Translations under genes and position numbers: made by a program
Notes under the pieces: model-generated
What the model was told of the DNA's origin: nothing
Seen by the model: only the letters and a program-made list of their open reading frames with translations
The model's database searches: none
Assembly (NCBI RefSeq): GCF_009914755.1
Contig: NC_060937.1
Source: the human T2T-CHM13v2.0 reference genome, Homo sapiens
Length of the DNA: 64,000 bases
Reading direction: 5' to 3' (one strand)
Part shown: piece by piece, positions 38,490 through 51,171 of the stretch
Position numbering within the stretch: the first letter of the stretch is position 1
Layout of the letters: each line of letters opens with the position of its first letter

Positions 38490-38609
38490 CTTACTTATAA
38501 AATTATGTGATGGTAATGAAAATATTTCCCATTTCCACCTGTAACTCTTATGGAATTTAATGTTGAAAGTTAGATAAAAAATATGAGGTGCTTTGGGCTA
38601 CTTAGCAGA
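38490..38609 (+). repeat. Copy 2 of the ~120-bp dispersed direct repeat
   Basis: Aligns by eye to 37537-37655 with about 6 substitutions and one 1-nt indel. Confidence 0.95.
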
Positions 38610-38752
38610 TAATAACAACCACTCCAGCCTCCCAGAGTTTTGTGTTTTTCTATCTGACAAATCCACTCTTTTGGAGTGTACAGAGCAGATGTGATTTAAT
38701 GTAAGTGCTCACCAATGATATAACAAAAGCTTCTCTTTGTTTTTTCTATTAA

Positions 38753-39043
<291 letters not shown>

Positions 39044-39069
39044 ACATATATATTTTATGATTAAAAAAA

Positions 39070-39243
<174 letters not shown>

Positions 39244-40070
39244 TAAGCTCAAAGCAAACTCTGTTAATTGAGGACATCCCAAGTCTCATTTTTAAATATT
39301 TGAGCTCAAATATTTGAGCTTAATTTTGTTTATGTTTATTGTCTTTTGCCCTCCATTCAAATTAGCTTTCTTTTCAAATAATTTTATGGCAAAACTCTCT
39401 AATATGTCCATCTCAGTTTATAATTCTCTTGATTGTTGTACAAATTTTATGCCATAAAAGCATAGGCCTTTTCAATTTCTTTTTACCTTGTATAAAATAT
39501 AAGTTTATTCAATAAAAAAGAAGCTCTATGAAAATATGCTCCAGAAAGGTAAGGCAGTCTAGAACACAATTACAAAATTTCACAATCAGATCTTGTATAA
39601 AAAATGGGGTAATCACTGAATATATTCATTTTCTCCTTGCTTTTGTAGGTATCAATTTCAATGCCTTCATATTCATAAGCTTTATTTCAATTTTGAAATT
39701 TGTGAAAAGCCTAAAAATTTGAAGATTTTTTGGTTCTTCACTGATTGACTGTTTTGTTTAAAGACTTTCTGCTGATTTCAAACAAAATACAACCAAAATT
39801 TAAAGGGTTCATTTACAATAAGCACAATACCATTGTAGAACACTTTGATTTACAAAGTAATATTTCAAGAAGATACTTCTAAACTCGTTTATGTCAGGCA
39901 GTAAAGAAATAATTTACTTCTATGCTGAAATACTTTTGATATTTAATTATTTAGTAGTCCAGTTACTTTGAGTAAATATGAAAATGTTTCCATTATGATC
40001 AGTATACTATTACACACTTTTGTATGCAATTTTGCTGCTCAAAAGAGTGACAGTAGTCTCTTTCTCTCTA

Positions 40071-40380
<310 letters not shown>

Positions 40381-40600
40381 TAGAACACACTTTTTAATCA
40401 TGACACTATGCTCCACCAAAATTTGTTTCTGTATTATAATCACGAAAACAAATGATTTGATTTTTAATTTGAACTTTAACCGAATTTGCAATAATACTCA
40501 CAATGATGTCAAGTATTTCATCCTTTACAGAATGACCCTCTAACAATGTCACTATATTCCATAGAATGAACTAAATAACTAAACCATTAATGGAATTAAC

Positions 40601-40905
40601 TTTTTTTTTTTTTTTTTGAGACAGAGTTTCCTTCTGTCACCCAGGCTAGAGTACATTGGCATGATCTCAGCTTACCGCAACCTCCACCTCCCTGGTTCAA
40701 GTGAATTTTGTGCCTCAGCTTCCTGAGTAGCTGGGGTTACAGGCATGCACCACCATGCCCAGCTAATTTTTTTTTTAATATTTTTAGTAGGGAAGTGGTT
40801 TCGCCATGTTGGTCAGGCTAGTCTAGAAATACCAGCTTCAAGCAATCCACCTGCCTTGGTCTCCCAAAGTGCTGGGATTATAGGCGTGAGCCACCACGCT
40901 CAGCC
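40601..40905 (-). mobile_element. Alu (old AluS/J)
   Basis: Poly(T), GAGACAGAGTTTC...GCGTGAGCCACCACGCTCAGCC. Confidence 0.95.
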
Positions 40906-41964
40906 CTAACTTATTTGACTTTTTAATTTGGAGTATCTAATAGTACTGATATAAAACGAGCACCATTTTAATGTTTGCAAAACTCTTTTGCTAATGAAAT
41001 CAACACATTATTAGTATCACTTCACTTTTCACAAATGTAAAAGAAAACTTGGAATGAAAATGGGCAAAATGTATTTATAAGAACATTTGATCAAAATGAA
41101 AAGTCGTGCCTCATAGAATGATATGCAAATGCATCTTCTGTAGCTACAGAGGTAAAATTGTTTTTGGGCATAGTCTTTTAAAACTCAGTATTTAACTCTT
41201 GCAATGGATGCTGATTTTTTTTTACTTATGTGTCTTCTGTTTTGGGCCCCCATGATAGACGTTAATGACAACAAACCTTTTGTGAAATTTGCATTCTGTG
41301 TTAATGTCAACAAACATTCTTCACTAAGTGTTTTCTGAGAAATGAAAATTCAGAACTTAATTTTTCATTGAACATGGCATTTTCATTATTTAGTTCATTG
41401 TTACCAAAAGAGTTTATTGAAAATTAGAAAGGGCTGTATCAAACAATAAAATAAATAAATAGATCTATGCTATTTAGATACTTTAAGATAGGACTACTCT
41501 GTTTCCATTCCTTTATGTATTTCAACTATATCTAGTCTATGATTTCTCACATTCCTCGACGACACCGCCATTTGGAGACCTGTCAACTTTGTGATTCTCT
41601 TAGTTCATGGCGTAGGCCACAGATGAACTGGCTGGTGCAGCAAAGCCTAGCAGGGCAGCAGCTGCACTTGGAAGGAGAAGGAGTTAGTTGTCCTCAGCTA
41701 CTCATGTGTGAGCGTCTTTGTTCTACCAGCCAGCAAATGGTATATCGTTCCTGAAGGCAAGGTTGTACTTCCATTCCTTGACAAAAGAGTCAAGGAAAAA
41801 GAGATGAGTTACAGCTGCTTTCAGGTTTTACAAAATGTTAAAATGAGAATTCTGTTCACTGAGCATCTGGCTCACACACTATAAGCTGGGCCTATGACAG
41901 TTGCTTAAAGTACAAAATGAGAGGTTGATCGCAGCCATTCCCACTTATTTCAATGTATCTATTA

Positions 41965-42092
41965 CTATAGTAATATTACCTCATTCTAAAGAGTGAAAAA
42001 AACCTGGGACAAATGCTAAACCAGACACTATACCAGGACAACAGGTATAAAACAGGAGTGTTCTGGGGAAACTGGTACCTCTGGTCACCTTA
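41965..42092 (+). mobile_element. MER94-like hAT-Blackjack element
   Basis: ACCAGGACAACAGGTATAAAACAGGAGTGTTCTGGGGAAACTGGTACCTCTGGTCACCTTA. Confidence 0.6.
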
Positions 42093-42399
42093 GTTCTTTT
42101 CTTAGTTCTTAGAAAAGAAGCAGAGCTATGGAGCTGTAACTCAAGGAAGATATAGGGTCAAGGGAATGTGTTTATTTGCTTGTTTCTAAGATGAAAGAGC
42201 TAGGAAATACCCTGAATGTTACAGGATTTGGGATAAAATCCATTTAATGGAGACTAGAACCTTCAAGAAGAACTTTTCTGGCAGATATCATCCTTGAAAT
42301 AGTTTTGAAGAATACAATAGTAGCTACCTGAGGAAAGTCTGAGGATGGATCATTGCAGTGAAGGGACCAGCTAATAAAGACATGTTAAATGCAGTGAAA

Positions 42400-42930
42400 C
42401 CCTAAGAATAGAAGCTCACTTCTTGGGAGAATGTATGTAGAGGAGCAGAGAAATGGATCAATGAAAGACTCCTGAGAAACGTAACGGTAGAGAAGAAAAC
42501 AAAGAATCAGCTAGGCAAATTGAGAGAGGCCAAAGTCAGAAAAGCATGGCATCACTGAAGCCAAAGAGGAATTTTGAATGGGAGAGAATGGCCCACAGAG
42601 TCAAGTGCAGTAGAAGGGCAGGAATGTGTGGCATTACCTGCAAGGAGTAGGAGACGGCCTATGATAACACATGCTAACAGAAGTGCAGACCATGAAGTTT
42701 GGCTGCAAAAGATAAGGAGAAAATAAGGCATTATCCATTAGCAGAGGGCACATGATCCTGGGACAGTGCCATTGCTGTTGCTTCAGGATGAGAGGCTTCA
42801 GTCTGCTTTTATACTGAGAGAAAGGATTAAGTAGAAACAGACAGGTTCATGAAATAACAGAGGAGATATTGTTAGAGAAAAGCTTCAAAGGAGACCAAAA
42901 GGGAGGACAAGGGCCAGTGAGGAGGGCTGT
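42400..42930 (-). mobile_element. Degenerate L2 ORF2 fragments
   Basis: Purine-rich; GGCATCACTGAAGCCAAAGAG...AGAGTCAAGTGCAGTAGAAG is typical antisense L2. Confidence 0.5.
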
Positions 42931-43349
42931 TTTTGAACTTGATGATAAAATTACAATTTGCAATTATAAGTTTATTTAAATGTTTACTTATTTATCGTTT
43001 TTGTCACCAATTACAGAGTAAGCTCAGGAGAACTGGTTCTATTTCTGTTTTATTTAAATCCTTGTGTATCTAGTGCCTAGTGTACTTGTTAAGTGCTCAG
43101 TTGATTTTTGCAAATGAATCCGGTGAATTAAAAAAATCTTTCATTTTCTGAGGCTAAAGGAGATTTCAAAATACTGGATCAGACATTCCAACAAAAATTA
43201 TAATAAATATAAGCATACCATATAAGTAGTAAATCATACTACAATCTTTAGTGATTATTTTTATTCACAGAATGGTATTACACAGACTGCAATTCAACCT
43301 TAGGAGGCTGAAATTATGCCCTCAGAATATATATACACATTATTCTTTC

Positions 43350-43500
43350 AATTATTTCAATAATTGCATGCTAAAGGAGTGGTACTGTTTTTACTGAAGA
43401 GAAAAATCAGCAGTTTGCCTAAGACAGTCTCAAACCCAGTAGGTGGTAAGGTAGGATTTGAACCCCATTTGGTTGGCTTTCAAAGTCTAGATTTACATTC
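43350..43500 (-). mobile_element. MIR fragment
   Basis: TTTGCCTAAGAC...AGTAGGTGGTAAGGTAGGATTTGAACCC. Confidence 0.6.
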
Positions 43501-43604
43501 TCCCACAGATGCTCTGTAGATTCATAGTTTTCAGTTATTTCTGGACATTTTGATGTTTCTTTGTACTGTAAAGTATTTTTCAGATGACTGACAATTGGCT
43601 GAAA

Positions 43605-44100
43605 TGCACACTAGAATGTAAACTCCGTAAGGGCAGGGATTTGTGTGTGTGTCAGTTTTATGCTCTGCAATGTGCAGTCATTTGTAGGTATCCAAGGGGA
43701 ATTGGTTCTAAGACACTGTTGGATACCAAAATCTGTGAAGGCTCAAGTCCCTGATATAAAATGGTGTCGTATTTGTATATAACCTGTGCACATCCTCCCA
43801 TATGCTTTAAATCACCTCTAGATTACTTATAACACCAAATACAATGTAAATGCTACATAAATAGTGGTTATATTGTATTGTTTAGGGAATAATGACAAGA
43901 AAAAAAGTCTAAGTATGTTCAGTATATGTTCAGTACAGACACAACCATCCAATTAAAATAAATATTTTTGGTCTGTGGTTGGTTGAATCCACAAATGCAG
44001 AACCCACAGATACAGAGGGCTGGCTGTACTCCTAGCATCTGGAGTGATATCTGTGCCATGGTAACTGCTTAACAAATATTTGTCGAGTTGGAGTAAGAAT
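43605..44100 (+). mobile_element. L2a 3' end interrupted by MER2
   Basis: CACTAGAATGTAAACTCCGTAAGGGCAGGGATTTG [MER2] CTCCTAGCATCTGGAG...TGCTTAACAAATATTTGTCGAG. Confidence 0.75.
43675..44026 (+). mobile_element. MER2 Tigger-family DNA transposon
   Basis: CAGTCAT...GCTCAAGTCCCTGATATAAAATGG...GGTTGAATCCACAAATGCAGAACCCACAGATACAGAGGGCTGGCTG followed by TA. Confidence 0.9.
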
Positions 44101-44294
44101 AAATAAAATACTTTTGAAGGAGCTCCCTTCTTCTAGGTTAAGTTTTGAAGTCTGCTAAAATATATGCTTCTAGGGGTGGTACTAGTTTCCACTCTTGCTG
44201 TTCGTTGAATAAATAATGTCAGGGTAGGGAGGAGAAAAAAAATTGAGGAGAGGGCCTAAGGACACTGAGGTGTGAATGAGCATGGTTTGGTGGA

Positions 44295-44718
44295 TACAGT
44301 GGTTAATTTTACGTATCAACTTGCCCAGGCTATGTGGTACCCAGATGTCTGATGAAACTATTTCTCTGATGGTGTTTCTGGAAGAAATTAGCATTTGAAT
44401 TTGTGGATTGAATAAGGCTGATGGCCCTTCCCAAGGTAGATGGGCATCATCCAATTCATTAAAGGCCTGAAGAGAACAAAAGGCAAAGGAAGGTTGTCTC
44501 CCTTTGTCTCACTGCTTGAACAGGGACATTGATTTTTCCTGCCATCAGTGTTCCTGGTTTTCAGGCCTTCAGACTCAGACTGGAATTGACACTATCAGCT
44601 CTCTGGCTCTCAGGCCTTCAAACCACACCACTGGCTTTCCTCTTCCTTCCTTAATTGGGGAGGATTGTGGGACTTCTCAGCTTCCTTAATTATATGAGTC
44701 AATACCTTGTAATAAATC

Positions 44719-44761
<43 letters not shown>

Positions 44762-44892
44762 GTCATCTAGCTATTTACCTACCTACCTACCTCTCTATCT
44801 CAGTTCTGTATCTGTTTCTCTATTTATATATCTATCTACCTACCTACCTACCTATCTCAGTCCTGTTTCTCTGAAGATCCCTGACTAATACA
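44295..44892 (+). mobile_element. MLT2 (ERVL) solo LTR
   Basis: GTGGTTAATTTTACGTATCAACTTG...GGGCATCATCCAATTCATTAAAGGCCTGAA...CCCTGACTAATACA; perfect TSD GTGGA at 44290-44294 and 44893-44897. Confidence 0.92.
44719..44857. repeat. Compound (TCTA)n/(CCTA)n tetranucleotide STR inside MLT2
   Basis: About 10 perfect TATC units at 44721-44760, then two ACCT blocks. Confidence 0.95.
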
Positions 44893-45485
44893 GTGGAGTT
44901 CATCTACTCTGAAGTTTGTCCAAGGCCCAGCATACACTGCCGGTCTTGTTGTAGCTTATCATTAACCATGCCAGTGAGATTTTAACTATGGGTGTTTGAA
45001 AATGGTTGGCTAATACTAATCTCTGATCCAATATGTAAGAACATAGTTACTTAATAAACTTCAAGTTGTAATTCTCACTATAATAGTTATGATGTTTATT
45101 TACAAATAAAACAAATTAATATTTCAAATAAGTGATAGCAACCAATATATATAAACCTGCCATGTATTTATATCAGCATAAGACAGTTGAATATTTACAA
45201 TGATTCTTTTGCTCATTCGATAAATATTTATTTAACATCTTCTATGGGCCAAGCACTACCTTTAATGAGAAGTACACTACTATGCTATTGCTTGTAGACA
45301 GAGAATGTTTGATCTAAAAATGACTTTCAAGCACAGTAACTAGGAACTAATTACTGGTGCAGATTATTTGAAGCTAATTTGAATTTAGTTTAAATGCAAT
45401 GTATCTGCGCTATCCTTGTTCCCCACCTAACAAATGACTCTATTAGTGGGGGAATTCACTCAGACTCTCACAGTTGGTATAAAGA

Positions 45486-45990
<505 letters not shown>

Positions 45991-46109
45991 TTAGTATATT
46001 TTTGCCTAGTGATTCACAGTAACTGTAGGTTTTTAACAATATAGTATGGCAATTCCAAGTTGTCCTTAACATTTACAACTTTCACCAGTGGTTATAGATG
46101 ATAAAACAT

Positions 46110-46336
46110 CCCAGGAACATAGTGTTTAACACTACCAGGCTTGAATACTGACTGATCCACTTACTAGCTGTGTAACCTTGGGCAAACAAATCAATCTTTC
46201 TGTGCCTCAGTTTTCTCATCCATAAAATGAACATAAAGATAGTACTTATTTCATGGAGTGGCTAAGAGGATCAAATAAATGTAAAGCACTTAGATTAGGG
46301 GTAGATGTATAGCAAGGGCTCAGTTAAATATTATTG
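46110..46336 (+). mobile_element. MIR
   Basis: CCACTTACTAGCTGTGTAACCTTGGGCAA...TCTGTGCCTCAGTTTTCTCATCCATAAAATG...GTAAAGCACTTAG. Confidence 0.88.
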
Positions 46337-46874
46337 TAAGATCTCCATACGGGCAGGGAAGGGGGTCTTGACCACATCCTATTCTGGAACTCTCTAAACA
46401 CCAGTTATCCCCTGGCTTCAAATTACATTAAGTTGCTTCCAGGTCTAAGGAAACATTTCTGAATTGATGTTACTGTTGTGGCAAAGAATGTTCTTTTTTT
46501 CAGGATACTAATGTGTACTTCTCTATGATGTTTTTTATTTTTCAAAGTAGTTTACGGTTTCTGAATATTTTGGGATCACTATGGAAACTTGTAAGGTTTT
46601 GAACCTTCATAACCAACCCAAATGCCAGTACACTTTGAAAGGTTTATTAGTAATGCAAGTGTGAAGCTACCAGTACTGTAAATAATTACAATAATGAAAG
46701 CAATTATACACACTAAACAGCTCTTGCAGGCCATTCAGTTTTCCAGAGCTTGGCTTTGACAGGCTAGAAAGGTGGAAGAAAAGAAAGATAGAATAATCTG
46801 TTTCTAAGTGTACAGAATTTTGCTAATCTTGCTTATCTGAAGTCATAGTCAACACTCATACAGTTTTCATAGTG

Positions 46875-47108
46875 ATAATAATGGCTATCATTTATTGGTT
46901 ACTTAAATCCTTGCCAATCTTTTTACAGACATTATCTCTTCTGACCTTTAATACATTCAATAAGATAGACGTTATTAGTTCTGATGAACAAATGAGGAAA
47001 CTGAGCATTTTAAGGCTAAATTCGTGTATCTAGTAAGTGGTGATGGTTCTGTTAGAAGTCACCTAGGAGTATCTAATTCTGAAGTGAGACTTCTTAACCA
47101 CCACACTG
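46875..47108 (-). mobile_element. MIR
   Basis: ATAATGGCTATCATTTATTG...ACAAATGAGGAAACTGAG...CTTAACCACCACAC. Confidence 0.75.
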
Positions 47109-47397
47109 AACAGCATCCATGGTGATGGTGTTCTTTCAGCATTTAGATAGCTTCTGTAGTTCATCTACAGACAGACTACACTTGGAGCCATATTTTAGTG
47201 CAACAAAAATGTTAAAAATGGGCATGAGTGTATGTCTATATATGGAATATCAATATGCAATAATAATACAAAGAGCTTCACAAAAACTCCTTTATTTTGG
47301 CAAAAGGAAGGTATATTAATTTCTCCTCCTTGTTCTCATTCTCCTCCTTCTTCCTATTCCAATTACCACAACTACAATTCTCCTCTTCCTCCTTCTC

Positions 47398-47696
<299 letters not shown>

Positions 47697-48367
47697 TCCT
47701 CCTCCTTCTTCTTTTTTTTAACCACTCCACAAAAAGATTAAAGGGACATGAAGAGAGAATATCACTCTGGTTTCAGAGGTTGACCAGATGATACGGAAAG
47801 AAATAACTTGCTAAAGCAGAAATGCTTTCAACTACTCTGACGTTCACACGCTTTGCTTTGCCAGCATTCGTAGTTACCTGCATCTTTTTTCTAAAAAATC
47901 TCATAGGCTTGTCAGAAAGTTGTGACTCAAATATACCCAGATATATTGAACGGAGAGTGATTAATTTAGGCCTTGCTTATTTGGTGCTTACTTGCTTCTT
48001 TTTCCTGTGATGAGCATGAGTTTTCTGAGTCAGCGACTGTGTCCCTCTGTAGTAGGTGGGTGACCTGGCACTTCTCTGCTGAATCAGAGGATGCTGCATG
48101 CTCACGTTTCCTGTGGGCTGAGTGAATACATGAAGCTCTATCATGCATACTTCTTATTCATGCAACACTTCAGGTAACAAGCAGCAGCAAACGTTAATTC
48201 CCAGGGAATGCCAGCAGGACGATTCACGTGGAGGAAATAGTTTGTGATAAAGATTCATCTACTGCTAAAGCCTCTTATTCCCCTTCCAAGCTTGTTTCAT
48301 GTTTAAATATTGCTTATGTGGAAAAAAGCCAGTGATATTTTGAGGTTTTTTTTTTTTTTTAAGTAGA

Positions 48368-48421
48368 GGTGATTCTAATAGGATCAGCAGAAATGGTGAT
48401 TCTAATATGATCAGCAGAAAT
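48368..48421. repeat. 27-bp tandem duplication, 2 copies, 1 mismatch
   Basis: GGTGATTCTAATAGGATCAGCAGAAAT then GGTGATTCTAATATGATCAGCAGAAAT. Confidence 0.92.
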
Positions 48422-49422
48422 CGTGAAAGACTAATTTGGGTTCTGCTTGTTACAAAAACATCTGTGTGATTTCTTTTTCTGATAAGCACATTTGATTGTG
48501 GGTATTCCAGAAAATTCTGATTTTTACATTTTAATGCTCTTGGTAGATATTTATTTAGTGCTTATTGCAGGAAAAACTTTGTACTAGACACCAGGGAGGA
48601 AGATTATTGGAAGAAAAGAGAAAAGAGACGCAAAGATGACTCAAACAGAGACTCAGACCTCAGAAAGGAGGCATCTCATACACACGTTATCAGAAGGGGA
48701 AGGTGTTTAGTCTCTGATATGGGCTAAATGTGATGGGAACTGCTCTACAGTTTCCCAACAAGAATCCTATGGTTAGAACTGTGCCTGCTAGTACATCTGG
48801 TGTTAGCAACATTCTTTTAGATCTTTTGATTCCAAATGCCCATGCAAACCTTACATTTCATTCATCAGCCCATACTTGGGTTAACCTTATCTAAGTTAAC
48901 TGGAACTAATAGAACATCTTATGAAGAAGAGGAGGAAATTATTGCCAAGCAACTTGAAGTTATTTTTTGTTCTTTAATATTAGTGCTACGCTAGTGTGCT
49001 TTCAATTCTGAACGGTATCTCCTTAACTCTCTTCCCTGTTCACCCATAACCCAAGGATAAAGCTACTAAGTAGCTCAATAAAAATATTCCTTAATTGGAG
49101 AACATATAATGAAAGAGTGATGTTAAAGTCCTTTCATCATAAAGAAGAAGGGAGGAGGAAATAACCTTTCTAGGAGAATGTTAAGTACATTTTCATAGAC
49201 TTAGAATCAAGACAAAGCTTAAAGATTGAGTTGAATATTCCCCCAGTGGAATTCCCTCTTTCCAGTCCTGCTAGTTGCTCTGTTTGTTCCAAAAGCTGCA
49301 AGTGCTTCAAGTGACTTCTGGCTGACTACTTTTGGGATTCCCAGCCCATGAAGGCTTAGTCGTTTTTTTTTTTTTTTTTTGGTTTAGTTTTTTTGTTTGT
49401 TTGTTTTGTTTTGTTTTGTTTT

Positions 49423-49850
49423 GAGTTGCAAGTGACAGAATGTTGATTCAGTGTAGCTTAAACAAAAATAGGAATCTATTGCTTTATGTAAGTGGGTAGA
49501 CATAGCTGAACCCAGGAATTTAGATTGTCATTAAGCATCTTGTCTTTATTTTTCTCTGAGTGGGTTCAATCTTAGGCATCCTCTTCTCATGTTGTGGTAA
49601 TGTTAGCTACCAGGAGATATAGGTTTGTATCATCTCTTCAAATGGGATTGTAGTGAAAAGTCTAAGCCTCTTTCTTAAAAGAACTTGGGGAAAAAAATCC
49701 CAGGGAAAGCTCTGATTGACTCAGCTTGGGGCACATGTTCACTCCTTTACCAGGAGGATGGGTAACTCTAGCTGGCCTGATGGGTTTGGTCAGTCCCACT
49801 TAAACTGTATGAACTTATAATGGGGCAGAGCAGCTTTCCAAGGGTTTTTT
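49423..49850 (-). mobile_element. MLT1K/L-like LTR preceded by a T/(TTTG)n tract at 49363-49422
   Basis: GTTGCAAGTGACAGAA, AGCTTAAACAAAAATAGGAATCTATTG, CTCTGATTGACTCAGCTTGGGGCACATG. Confidence 0.7.
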
Positions 49851-49860
49851 TGGTATCTAA

Positions 49861-50193
<333 letters not shown>

Positions 50194-50429
50194 GTTTACC
50201 CTCTAACTATAATCCCCAAAATGGAACTCTTCATCTCTCCTTCTTAAATCAGTTTTATTCCCTTCTCAGGGAATGGTTATGCCATCTATCTACCTAGCTT
50301 ACCAGCACACTTGAAAACATGCTAGATTCTCATTTTCTTAACTTCCATAATCTATCACCAATTTTTTTCAATTTGACTTTAATATTTCTCAAATCCATCT
50401 ACTTCCAACCAATCTGGTTGTACAATCTT

Positions 50430-50519
50430 CTTTTTATTTTTAATTTAAAAAATAGAGACAGGATCTTGCTATGTTGCCCAAGCTGGTCTCAAACTCCTGG
50501 GCTCAAGTGATCTTCCTGC
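50430..50519 (-). mobile_element. FLAM/AluJ fragment
   Basis: TAGAGACAGGATCTTGCTATGTTGCCCAAGCTGGTCTCAAACTCCTGGGCTCAAGTGATCTTCCTGC. Confidence 0.88.
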
Positions 50520-50752
50520 TGCTTCAATAGCTATTTATTACCCTCAAGATCAAGTGCAAAACTGTTTGCATATCTGAAAAGGTCCTTCATGATTTTACCA
50601 CTGTATGTACCTAGTGACATAGAATAAAAATTTATTTTACTTGTCAGTTTTGCTTGGTGGTAATTTAAAACTTTATTTTTACAATAATGGATTTGTATGA
50701 AGTAGAGTGAAAAATCTGAATAATTTTAAGGTAAAATAATTAGAGTAGATAT

Positions 50753-51095
50753 GTGGCACCTACTGAGATCTAGCACTCTTCTCTTTCTGGGCACATGGAT
50801 AGATTACACTTCTTGGCCCCTAAACTTGCATGCCTAGTTCTGGCTAATGATTTGTGAGCAGATTATTTAATTGCTGGTGTGAGGCTTTCCAGAGCTCACT
50901 TCTTTTTGCCAAAGTGACTTGCAATATTTCAGATAGTGGATTCTCCATCAGGTTGGATATTGGAGTGTGGGTGACATAAAACAGATTCCCCAGTCATCTT
51001 GTAATGAACATGAAGTGGGAGTGAGCAGAGTTTTTCTATTTTATGCAAATATTGGGGATGTTTCTTATTGCAGCATAACCTACGCTATCCTGCCT
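50753..51095 (+). mobile_element. MLT1I/J-like LTR
   Basis: TTCTGGGCACATGG..AGATTACACTTC, TAGTTCTGGCTAATG, TTGGGGATGTTTCTTATTGCAGCATAACCTA. Confidence 0.75.
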
Positions 51096-51110
51096 CTGGA
51101 AAGTAGATCT

Positions 51111-51171
51111 ATTCCCTCCAATTCCATGGAGATAATCCCCTCCAATTCAGTGGAGGTAATTCCCTCTACTC
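51111..51171. repeat. 24-bp minisatellite, ~2.5 degenerate copies
   Basis: ATTCCCTCCAATTCCATGGAGATA / ATCCCCTCCAATTCAGTGGAGGTA / ATTCCCTCTACTC. Confidence 0.8.

Noticed and set aside
37537-38609. The 120-bp direct repeats as LTRs or TSD of a novel retroelement
   Set aside because: No TG...CA termini, primer-binding site, polypurine tract or outer TSD; the interior holds older unrelated repeats. Kept only as a local duplication.
51111-51171. Hairpin-containing 24-bp repeats as a CRISPR-like array
   Set aside because: Only ~2.5 contiguous degenerate units, no unique spacers, no cas genes, and the DNA is primate.
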